Below, piece by piece: positions 11,700 through 22,261 of a stretch of DNA of 64,000 nt (within the stretch, counting starts at the first letter, position 1; each line of letters starts with the position of its first letter). A model generated the notes under the pieces. It was not told where the DNA came from and searched no databases. It saw only the letters and a program-made list of their open reading frames with translations. This DNA is from Hydrolagus colliei (lineage: Eukaryota), in assembly GCA_035084275.1 (NCBI GenBank), contig CM068775.1, positions 1,612,001-1,676,000 of the forward strand. The letters are read 5' to 3'. Position numbers and translations under genes: made by a program.

Positions 11700-12010
11700 C
11701 AGGGATGTGAACAATCGGCGCCTCCCCCGTCACCGCGCGGACCCAGTGACGTCACACCCACAGCGGTGGCCGTTGGATTGGGCGGGAAATTTCAAAATGG
11801 GGTCTCCGCACCCGGACCCCCCCCTGACCCCCCGCCCCCCCCCTCTCCCTGACCCCCCGCCCCCCCTCCCCTGACCTCCCCTCCCCCCCCCCCCCTGACC
11901 CCCCCGCCCCGCTCCTCGAGCCGCACCAGCCTCACACCTGCCGGCGGCTCCAGACACAACAACAAAAACAACCGCGGGAGCAGCGCCGCCATCTTGTGAC
12001 AGTCTCCAGA
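11700..12010. promoter_or_regulatory. CpG island promoter with CRE, CCAAT, E2F/CHR-like and YY1-type initiator motifs
   Basis: Locally CpG-rich. TGACGTCA at 11747-11754, ATTGG at 11777-11781, GGCGGGAAA-TTTCAAA at 11781-11796, and AAGATGGCGG on - at the ATG 11992. Confidence 0.6.
11938..11992 (-). CDS. Putative first coding exon, signal-peptide-like (MAALLPRLFLLLCLEPPAG), of an unidentified gene
   Basis: Strong start context caagATGGCGGCG and a hydrophobic core. Donor GCAG|gtgtga (or GGT|gtgagg). Lies in a CpG island. No downstream exon recognised in the window. Confidence 0.5.
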
Positions 12011-12019
12011 TAAAATGGG

Positions 12020-12460
12020 GGAGAGAGTGAGTGAGTCAGAGAGAGTGAGTGTGTGTGAGGGAGAGTCAGAGAGTGAGTGAGAGAAAGAGAGAGAGAGTGT
12101 GAGAGAAAGAGTCACAGGGTGAGTGAGTGAGGGAGAGAGAGTGTGAGAGAGTTAGAGGGAGAGTCAGAGAGGGAGTCAGAGAGAGTGAGTGTGTGAGGGA
12201 GAGAGTCAGAGAGAGAGTGAGTGTGTGAGGGAGAGAGAGTGAGTAAGAGAGAGAGAATGTGAGAGAATGTGAGAGAGTGAGACGGAGAGCGAGTGGGAGT
12301 GAGAGCGAGAGAGAGGAGTGAGAGAGAGTGAGTGTGTGAGAGGGAGAGAGTGTGAAGAGGAGTGAGAGACAGTGAGTGTCTGAAATACAGAAAGAAAGAG
12401 GGTGGGGGAGTGTGTGAGAGGGAGATAGACATTGATTCAATGAGAAATAGAGGGTGAGAG
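12020..12460. repeat. (GA/GT)-rich microsatellite-like array
   Basis: gagagagtgagt-type units. Confidence 0.9.
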
Positions 12461-12662
12461 AGTGTAATGACATCCTCCCGAAGTGAAAGGCGCTATATAA
12501 TTGCAATTTTGTTGTTGTTATCATGACAGGTGGAGAGAGTGAGAGAGAGAAAGGGAGAGTGTCTGAGATATGGCGAGTGTGTGAGAAAGGGTTTGAGAGA
12601 AGGGAGTGGGAGAAAGCCTTCAAAGGTTTCACACATCATGTGGGAAGCGCAGGTGATTCCTG

Positions 12663-13500
12663 GTGGGCAGACACATGGCAGATGAAGTTCAATGCAGAGA
12701 AGTGTGAGGTGATGCATTTTGGGAGAAGAAATGAAGGGAGGCAATATAGGCTAGATAGTACAATTTTAAATGATGTGAAGGAACAGAGAGACCTGGGGAT
12801 TTGTGTTAGTGACTCGTTGAAGGTGGCAGGACAGGTAGACAAGGCTGTTAAGAAGGCATATGGGATACTAGGCTTTATAAATAGGGGTATAGAATACAAA
12901 AGTCAGGAAGTGCTGACTAACCTCTATAAAACTGGTGAGGCCTCAGCTGGAATACTGTGTTCAATTCTGGTCACCACACTACAGAAAGGATGTGAAGACA
13001 TTGGAAAGGGTACAAAGAAGATTTACTAGGATGGTGCCAGGATTGAGGGACTTCAGCTATGAGGAGAGGCTAGATAGGCTAGGGTTATTCTCTCTGGAGC
13101 AGAGAAGATTGAGGGGAGACCTAATAGAGGTTTATAAGATCATGAGGGGTTTCGACAGGGCAAATAGAGAAAAACTATTTCCACTCGTGGGCGAATCTGT
13201 GATTCGTGGTCACAGATTTAAAATAGTTTCAAGGCGAAGTAGAGGGGAGCTGAGGAGAATTTTTTTCACTCAGCGAGTTGTTGGAATCTGGAATGCATTG
13301 CCTGAAAAGGTGGTGGAGGCTGATTCGATAACAACTTTTAAAAGGGAATTAGATCTTTATTTAGGGAGAACAGGTCTATTAGGCTATGGGGAGCGGGCAG
13401 GGCAGTGGGATTGAATCGCTCTTTTCAAAGAGCCGGCACAGACTAGATGGGCCGAATGGCCTCCTTTTGTGCCGTAAACTTCTATGAATCTATGAATCTA
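12663..13500 (+). mobile_element. 5'-truncated CR1 LINE (young subfamily), frameshifted
   Basis: WADTWQMKFNAEKCEVMHFG...LERVQRRFTRMVPGLR...GLLGYGERAGQWD and a (ttctatga)n tail. Nearly identical by eye to the 44152-46054 copy. Confidence 0.92.
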
Positions 13501-13920
13501 TTTGTAAGGCAAGATTTGCCTCTAACAAATCCATGCTGTCTATCCTTTGTCTTTCTAAGTGAAGATCTATCTTGTCCCTGATTATGGACTCTAGAAGTTT
13601 GCCCACTACTGACTGTAGACTGACTGGCCTGTAGTTCCCAGGTGTGTCCTTCTGCCCCTTTTTAAACAGGGGAGTAACATTAGCAACTCTCCAGTCCTCA
13701 GGAACCACCCCTATGTCCAAGGAAGATTGAAAGATTGTGGCTAGAGTCTCTGCTATTTGCTCCCGTACTTCCCTTAGTAACCTAGGATGCATCCCATCCA
13801 GACCGGGTGACTTATATACCTTGAGGGCCATCAACCTTTTTAGTACTTCCTCTCTGTTTATACTAATCGTATCGATTTCTTCTACCCTCTCCTCCAATAC
13901 TGCAGCATTGGCTGCATCCT
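13501..13920 (-). mobile_element. CR1 ORF2 internal fragment
   Basis: KSPGLDGMHPRLLRE..PEDWRVANVTPLFKKG..PGNYRPVSL. Confidence 0.88.
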
Positions 13921-13933
13921 AAGACCACAGACC

Positions 13934-16060
13934 ATAAGAATTAGAAGCAGGAGTAGGCCATTTGGCCCTTCAAGCCTGCCCTGCCATTCAATAAGATCAT
14001 GGCTGATCTTCTGACCTAACTCTAATTACCTGCCCCATCCCTATATCTCCTAATCCCTCTATTTAAAAAAATCTATCAGTCTCAGCCTTGATAATGTTCA
14101 GGGACTGAGTATCCACAGCCTTCTGGGGTAGTGAATTCCATAAATTCTGAGTGAAGAAATGTTTCCTCAACTCTGTTCTAGAAGGCTGACTCTTAATTTT
14201 AAGAATGTGACCCCTGGTTATAGATTCTCCTGCCAGAGGAAACAGTCCCTCAGTGTCTACTTTATCCATTCCTTTAAGAATCTTATATGTTTCAATTAGA
14301 TCTACCCTCATTCTTCTGTACTCTAGAGAGTACAGCCCTAATTTATTCAACCTATCCTCACAGGTCAGTCCCCTCATCCTAGGAACTAACCTACTGAATC
14401 TACGCTGCACCCTCTCTAAGGCAAGCAAGTATGTCCTTTTTTAAATAAGGAGACCAAAGCTGCACACAATACTCTAGGTGCGGTCTCACCAAACAGTTGC
14501 AGCAAGACTTCCCTACTCTTGTACTCTAAATGTTTTGAAATTAACGCTAGCTTGCCATTCGCTGTCTTAGTTGCTTGCTGCACCTGCAAACTAACGTTTT
14601 GAGACTGGTCTACAAGGACACCCAAATCCCTTTGAATATTAACACTATCTAACCTCTTCCCCCTCTCGAAAATAATAATTTTTTTAATTTTTGTTACCAT
14701 AGTGAATAATTTCACACTTCCCCACATTAAATTCCATCTGCGACCCACCTGCCCACTCCCCTAGCCTATCTGTATCTTGTTGCAATCTTTTTGCATCATC
14801 CTCAGAGCTCACTCTCCTACTTAGTTTAGTGTCATCCGCAAATTTAGACACGCTACATTCAATGTCCTCGTCTAGATCATTGATGTAAATCGTAAATAGG
14901 CCCAAGCAATGATCCTTGTGGCACTCCACTAGTTGCATCCTGCCAATTCGAGAATGACCCGTTTAACCCTACTCTCTGTTTTCTACCAGTTAGCCACTCA
15001 TTTATCCATGTTAATATGTTCCCATTAATCCCGTGGGCCTTGATCTTATGCAAAAGCCTTGTGTGTGGCACTTTATCAAATGCCTTCTTAAAATCTATAC
15101 ATACCACATCTACTGGTTCCCCTCTATCCAAACTGCTGGATATATCTTCAAAAAACTCGAAAAGGTTAGTCAAGCGTGACTCCCCTTTTGCAAAGCCATC
15201 CTCTTCTCTTGTGAAGACAGAGGCAAAGTACAAATTCAGTACATCAGCCATGCCCTCTGCCTCCATAATAAGATTTCTTCCTTGGCCCTTAATTAGCTCC
15301 ACCCTATCCTTGACCAATCTTTTACTCTTAATATGTTTGTATATTATACAAATACCTTAGGGTTCCCTTTAATGTTACCTGCTAATTGTTTATCATACAG
15401 TCTTTTTGCCCCTCTAATTTCCTTTTCAGTTCTCTCCTGCACTTCCTACATTCTGCTTTGTTGACCTCTGTATCTTGGGCCTGACACTTGTCATAAGCCT
15501 CCTATTTTTGCTTTATTTTAACCCCAATTGCCCTCATCATCCAGGGAAGTTTGGATGCCCTATATTTTATCTTTGTTGGAGTGTTTTTGACCTGTGCCCT
15601 GTGCCCATGGACTTTCAAAAGGAACTATCTCTTCCTTGAAGACTGCCCACTGCTCGTTAGCTGTTTTACCTGCCAATCATTCTTTCCAGTCCACCTCGGC
15701 TAGGTCCCGTTTTAACTCACTGAAATTAGCCTTGTTCAAGTTGAGTGTCTTCACCTTTGAGTGTTCCTTATCCCTTTCCATAATTACTCTGATTCTAGTG
15801 ATGTTGTGATCGCTATTTCCTAGGTGCTCATCTACAGAAATCTGTTGTACTTGCCCCACCTCATTCCCCCAAACTATATCCAGCACTGCATCCTTCCTTG
15901 TTGGACTGGAAAATTGATGAAGAAAGTTATCCTGTACACATTTCAGGAATTCTTCTCCATCTTTGCCCTTTACACTACTATTCCACCAGTCGATGTTGAG
16001 ATTATCAAAGTCTCCCATTATCACTACTCTTTGGCTCTGCATGTTTCCGAGATCTGCTCT
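13934..16060 (-). mobile_element. Degenerate CR1 LINE (second subfamily; EN-RT remnants)
   Basis: VVIMGDFDNLNIDW (endonuclease), DFKKAFDKVPH and FADDTKL (RT), LERVQRRFSRL, and a cataagaa-type tail at about 13934. Confidence 0.85.
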
Positions 16061-16976
16061 TCTATCTCCTTATTTCTTATTCAACAGATTATCTTGTATT
16101 AGAAGTACAGTTTGGCGGAGGCAAGGATGGAGCAGAAACTTTTTGTGTGTCCAACCAGATTCACCGTTTGGCTGTTAGGCCATATTTGAGCCAGGTGCAT
16201 TCGGCTGTGTGCATCTGACCCTTTAGGAGCAACGGTGGCTTGTGGTTTGGGAGGTGGCTTGAGAGGTGACAGGGCAAGAGCATTGAGGGCACTGGAGAGA
16301 GAAGTATGGAGGAGTTTGAAGAGGAGGTGACAGGGCCATCAGGAACACTGCATAAGTCTGTTTGGGGGCTGGAAGAAAAAACATTGGCAGAGTCAAATAG
16401 AAGACAGCGTGATAGATGAGACCTGAACAAGTCAAGGACAGGACAAAATGCAGTGGTCCACATTATCAAAGATGGCAGGGAAGTCCAGGAGGATGAGGAT
16501 TCAAACGGTGACAGAAGGACAGGATGTTGTTTTTCACCTTGACGAAAGCCGTTTCCGTGCTGTGAGTAGGGACTCATGAAGGGAGTAGTAGGGAAGTGTG
16601 GGGCAAGTGTGCATTCCTGCTCCAGGAATGGGGCAGGTCAGAGCAGAATTACTGCAAATTGATCAATCGTACTCTCACTGACAACCACTGACCATTGGAG
16701 TCTGATTGCATTAGAGCCGCTCATTATTCTCTTGTGCGCTATCTCTCACTGTGTGATGCTGTCTTTCCTCTAGGGGCTAACCATTGGGGCAGGTTGATAC
16801 AGAAGCCACTAACCTCCACTTTCTGAGCTGGACACTGGCCGTGTGTGAACAGGAAGCATTGATTAATGTACCATCTGCTCTGATACTCTGTGTGTGTGTG
16901 TGGGCACAATCTCATCCCAGTGGAACCCTAGTCTGAGAGAGCAGCAGCTCACTGAGGGAAGCCCACAGCGATTAGA

Positions 16977-17028
16977 ATGGCCAGTGAGCTCCTCACAGCT
17001 GTCTCTCTGATTCTCTGCCTTTCTGTGG
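16977..17028 (+). CDS. Triple-V IgSF receptor, exon 1 (signal peptide MASELLTAVSLILCLSV)
   Basis: ATG at 16977, hydrophobic leader, phase-1 donor G|gtaagt at 17028/17029. Frame-compatible with the exon at 17457. Confidence 0.85.
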
Positions 17029-17456
17029 GTAAGTCCCTGTTTGGTTGATGGTGGGAGGGTTACTTCCTTTAAACAGGACTTTACCTGGTTAATGTTGCCA
17101 AGGAGATAACTGATGTCACAACATTTGTGTGTCTGTGTTGATCTTTATTATCCTTCTCCACAACCTCCTTCCCTTCCTCTCCAATCCTTTCTCACCTCTC
17201 TCCCTTCTCCTTAAACACTCTCTAACCCTATTGTCAATAGCTGATCTCTGTTGCCACCACCCTTGACTCTATTATACTTGCCAACCCTGCTCTACTTAGC
17301 CCCACTACAGTGACAGCAGGCTGACCATACCTCATTGATTTTGTGACACTCGTATTCTTTCCATCTCCTAAAATAACGTGGGATTCGCACTGAATGTGGG
17401 AAGTTGTGAGTGTATTGATTGGCTCTTTCTCATCCTTTAAACGTTTTCACTTACAG

Positions 17457-17795
17457 GTATAATGGTTCAGTCTCCAATCCTGGTTCAGTCTCCGGAATTT
17501 CGTCCAGTCCGAACGAATCAGATGGTGATTCTTCTGTGCAGAGTTGAGAACGGTAAAGTGTCTGACGTGGACCTGGAGTGGCAAATAAACAACAGAAATG
17601 TTTTGCTACAGCATTACAGAATGGAAGGAAATTTGATTTACACAATTGATAGACTTGTGCAGTCTTTTAGGGACACCAAAAGAAACCTCTTCAGGCTGAC
17701 ACTTAAAAAAGTGTTCACTGCATCCTCTGGCATCTATTACTGTCATGATGCCAGAACAAATAGCATTGGAATCGGGAGTGAGGTCATTGTTGCAG
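17457..17795 (+). CDS. Triple-V IgSF receptor, exon 2: V-set domain 1 with germline J-like G strand
   Basis: Acceptor ttttcacttacag|. B-strand C (VILLC), C-strand W (LEW), F-strand GIYYC, J-like IGIGSEVIV. Phase-1 donor G|gtaagt. Confidence 0.9.
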
Positions 17796-17939
17796 GTAAG
17801 TGAACGACAGATAGGAGCTCAGGCAGTGGCTCTGTGCTGGGGATCCAGGGCATTGAGCCGAGCATCATACTGGCACCAAGAGAAGCAGAGAGAGACAGAG
17901 TGAGACAGAACCAACGAGAGACAAATCCAGGGCAGGGGG

Positions 17940-18160
17940 AGAAGATCAGAGATAGAATCAGATAGAGAAAACCAGAGAGAGAGAGAGAGAAAACCAGAGA
18001 GATTGAGAGAAAACAAGATAGAGAGAGAAAACCAGACAGAGAGAGAGCAACAGAAAACCATACAGAAAGAGAGTCAGACACACAGAGAGAAACCAAACAG
18101 ACAGAGAGAAAATCCAGACCCAGAGTGAGAGAGAAAGCCAGATGGAGAAAAACAGATAGA
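17940..18160. repeat. Purine-rich agagaaaacc/agagag minisatellite-like repeat
   Basis: Repeated gagagaaaaccag units. Confidence 0.75.
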
Positions 18161-18369
18161 GGTGGAGAGACCTGTAGCTTAGTGGTTGGATCACTCGCCT
18201 TGCAAGTAAGAGAACCTGGGCAAGTTTCCTTACTCCACTGTTTACTTAGTAGGAAATAGAAACACAATCGATTGGTAGTATGTGTATTTGTGTGTATCTG
18301 TGTAGTTGTGTGTATGCATCTGTGTATATGTAGGTGTGTGTGCACTCGCATGTGTGTCTGTGTGTGTGT

Positions 18370-19710
18370 CACAGACCAACCTCTCCTCCCACTCCCTCTT
18401 TGAACCTCTCCAGTCTGGTTTCCGCCCTGCCCACAGTACAGAGACTGCACTTGTGAAAGTCACAAACGACATTCTCTCTATCTGTGACCAGGGCTCCCTC
18501 TGCCTCCTTATCCTCCTGGACCTGTCAGCTGCTTTCGACACAGTCCTCCACTTCCTGTCCTCTGTCATCCACCTCAGTGGGACTGCACTCGCCTGGTTCG
18601 AGTCCTATCTCACAAACTGCCAGCGGTACATCTCAATAAACGGTTTTTCCTTCTGCTCTCACCTAGTTACCTTTGCGGTACCCCAGGGAACCATCTTTGG
18701 CCTCCTCCTCTTCCTCATCTACATGCTCTCTCATGGGGATGTTATCCACAGACATGGGACACACTTCCTCATGTACGCAGATGATACCCAACTCTTCTTT
18801 TCCACTTCACTTTGCGACCCCCAGTCCCCCGATGTTCTGTCAGCCTGTCTGTCACACATCAGGAGCTAGATGAACGCGAACTTCCTGCAGCTGAATGTTG
18901 ACAGGACAGAAGCCATACTCTTTGTCTTTCGTCAATGTCTCCATTCGCACGGCTCTCACCTCCTCCACCTTCCCGGCCTGCCCCTAAAATTCTCTGAACC
19001 TGTGCGTAACCTTGGTTTGACCCCCGACTGTCCACATCCAGTCCCTCACCAGCACTGCCTTCTTCCACCTCCGATGGATCGCCCGTCTCCGGCAATACCT
19101 CACCCCAAAAGCCACTGAAATCTTGGTCCATGCCTTTATCACCTCTCGACTGGACTATTGCAACACCCTCCTAGCCGGTCTCCCCTCCACCAGAATCCAC
19201 AAAATCCAGCTAATTCAAAACTCTGCCGTCCGTATACTCACCCACATCTAACTTTGCTTCCCCCATTACCCCAGTCCTTGCCAGACTTCACTGGCTCCCT
19301 TGTCTCTGAGAGGATTGACTTCATGATCCTCACCCTTGTTTTCACATCCCCCCACTCCTCTGCACCCTCCCTACCTCTCTGATCTCCTCTCTCCCCAAAC
19401 CAGCACCCGCTGCTTTCACTCCACCGGGTCTGGCCTCCTCCATGTCCCCAAATCCTCTGCTCAACCCTCAGCAGCCGTGCGTTCAGCCACTACGCCCCGA
19501 GGCTCTGGAACTCCCTTCCTCACTCGGTTTGCCTCGTCCCCTCTCTTCCCAGTTTCAGGTCACAGCTGAAGACCTTTCTCTTTGACCGTGTGCTTGGTCA
19601 CCTTTCAACCCCTGCCCCTGGATCGGTCCCGCGATCTGCTACTTTGAAGCGCTTTGAGACACCGTCCTACATGGAGGGTGCTATATAAATCAAATTTGTT
19701 GATGTTGTTG
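18370..19710 (+). mobile_element. L2 LINE 3' portion (RT) in intron 2 of the triple-V gene
   Basis: QSGFRPAHSTETALVKVTND..LDLSAAFDTV..PQG..YADDTQL, ending in a (gtt)n tail. Confidence 0.9.
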
Positions 19711-20076
19711 TTGTGTCAGTATCTGTGTATATGTGACGCACAGAGCACACACACTGTAGTTGTGAGACAGTCGCTGTGCTCCCTAGTGACAGGTTACAAC
19801 AAGCTGCTGACTGCCGGGACAGGAGACAGGACTGTGTTTGGGGCAGCAGGTGGCAGAAAATCCGATCACTGCACTTGGCTAACGTGGGTTTGTTGGGCAT
19901 ACCCGTGCTACCAACGTCCTCATCGACAGCCAAAGCTTCGGATCTTACTGCTCAGTCACTGGAACTTGCTCCCTCTACCCCTCCATTAGTTGCCCTCGTT
20001 CTGATTTCCAACATCTGTACATAAGGCCTGGAATAATAGCTGGGCTGGAATTTATAGTGTAATTTTTGTCTTAAAG

Positions 20077-20421
20077 CTCCGAACAGTCCATTACTCATTC
20101 CGTCTTCGAAGTTGATAACTGTCAGAGAGGGAGGCATGGCCAAGTTACAGTGCTCCATGGAGAAGGCACGTGTGGAGCAGAACGGTGTTCAATGGTACAG
20201 GGTGTACCCGGGACAGCTGAGGAAGTGGATGATAACACGTGAAAAAAATGGCAGGATACTCGACTCCAGTGATACCGATCAGATTCTCCAGCCATCCATA
20301 GATGCATCTAAAAACACCTACATTCTGATCCTCCCAGCCGTGTCAGTCAGTGATACTGCCGTCTATCACTGCTGTGTGCAAATCAATACCTGTGCGGATG
20401 GTAGTCAACTTAATGTAACCA
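20077..20421 (+). CDS. Triple-V IgSF receptor, exon 3: V-set domain 2
   Basis: Acceptor tttttgtcttaaag|. AKLQC, VQWYR, SDTAVYHCC, J-like CADGSQLNVT. Phase-1 donor A|gtgagt. Confidence 0.9.
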
Positions 20422-20713
20422 GTGAGTACACCTATACTCGGGCCACACCCTAAATTCACACTGCTCCGAGTTAATAATCAGTGTTATCTGAGAGTTTGTG
20501 AGCCAGTTCACCGGAAGAAAATCTCATTTTCAAGTGTCACAGGATCTTTCATGTCCATCACATTACATCACTTTTGAAAGATGGTGTCTCCCTGACCATT
20601 GAACGGGAGTGTGAGCTCAGCTCTAGTTTACAACCTGGACTGCCCTTTATGTCCTCTGACGCTTTTTAGCGTTCAGCGCAGTTTGAAATTTATTGATGAT
20701 TTTTCCCTTAAAG

Positions 20714-21055
20714 GTGCTGTTCCTCTCCTGCTTCAGTCCCCGACCCTGGAACGTGCCACACAGGGACACCCCGCCCGGTTACAGTGCTCCATCGAGAACA
20801 TCAGCGTGAGCAACACTGATGTACACTGGTACCGACAACTCCCAGGACAGCAGAGGGAGTGGATTTTAACACAATATAAAAATGGCAGGAAGGTAGATCA
20901 CAAATATACTAATCAGCGTCTCCAGGCATCCAGAATCACCGCCAATAACACCTACATTCTGATAGTCAGACGCGTGACACTCAGTGATGCTGCTGCCTAT
21001 CAGTGCTGTGTGTGGGTAGATGTCTGTGGGAACGGGACCCAGCTGAACATAACCA
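20714..21055 (+). CDS. Triple-V IgSF receptor, exon 4: V-set domain 3
   Basis: Acceptor ttttcccttaaag|. LLQSP, ARLQC, HWYRQLPGQQREW, SDAAAYQCC, J-like CGNGTQLNIT. Phase-1 donor A|gtaagt. Confidence 0.92.
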
Positions 21056-22156
21056 GTAAGTAAATTTACTCCAGATTTTATTATCTGATTTCAGCTGATC
21101 AAATGTCCTCAGGAGCTTTCTCTAGGTACATATCCTAAACTCACACTGTGTGTAGGCAGAAAGTGAGGATGGAGAGGCACGAGTGAGCAGGTAGAGGCGA
21201 GGAGGGAGTGGCACTGAGTGACAAGGGAGTAGCGCGGACTGAGAAAGGAGTGACACAGATGAGAGAGAGGCACAGAGTGAGGAGAGAGAGGCGCAGCCTG
21301 AGGAGAGAGAGGTGCAGTCTGAGGAGAGAGAGGAGCAGTGTGAAGAGCGAGAGGCAGCTACAAACTAAACAATAAATCAATCCCAAATCAACTATACCCA
21401 ACCCAACATCACCCTCAACCTTGGGGGCCAATCCAGGACTGTCGAGCATTTTTGACGTCCTCCCGATGTGAAAAGCACAATATAAATATCAGTGTCTATT
21501 GTATTAGCCGCCCAAACCCCAGCATTTATTTATCGCCTTTGAACAACAACAACAACTTGGATTTATAGAGAGCCCTCCACGCCAGACAGCGATTTAGAGC
21601 ACCTCACAATAAAAGAATCCAGGGCCGAGGTAGCGGGAGGGCGAAGACAGTGACTAAAAGCGTGGTCAAAAAGAAAAGTCTTTAGGCATGAGCTGAAAAC
21701 AGGACAGTGCGAGGTGATGGGAGTGAGGAAGGGTTTTGCAGAGCCTTGTGGCGTAGTGGCTGAAGGTACAGCAGCCGAAGATAGAATGCAAGGACTGGGG
21801 TAATTTGGTAGCAATCTTTGGTTGGGTCACGGAATTTTGGATAACCTGGACTTTGTGAAGGGTGGAAGGATAATTGGGGTCAAACCTGATGCCTAACTTG
21901 CATATGGGTTTGGAGAGGGTCAGCTAGTTGGAGGAGGTGAGAGTTGTGGGATTGAATACATCGACGAGGGCCAAAGGGTATGACCTTCACGTCATTAGCA
22001 CATCCCAATTCCAACTTCTACATTGCTTTGTGTGAAATGAACTCTGTAATGTAAATTTTCATTGTATTTTGTTTTAGTGTTTTTTTTACATGTGTGACAG
22101 TGTGTAATTGTCAGTTATTATGATTCTATCATTCTCTCCACATTGTCTGGATACAG

Positions 22157-22254
22157 TGAGCAGAAACCAGATCTGGATCATCATGGGTCTGCTCTAGGAT
22201 TCCTGGCCTTTGCTGGAGCAGTTGTTCTCATCTACAAGATGTGTGGTTTGTAAA
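22157..22254 (+). pseudogene. TM exon copy 1 (frameshifted; in-frame TAG at 22195-22197)
   Basis: Paralogous to 27871-27968, with a 1-nt deletion after ATGGGT. Entered in phase 1 it reads MSRNQIWIIMGLL*. The shifted frame restores ALGFLAFAGAVVLIYK. Confidence 0.75.
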
Positions 22255-22261
22255 GTCCTGT

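Noticed and set aside
19776-20024. Ser/Thr/Pro-rich ORF resembling a stalk plus GPI signal inside the triple-V gene
   Set aside because: No usable splice acceptor in the right phase; likely chance.
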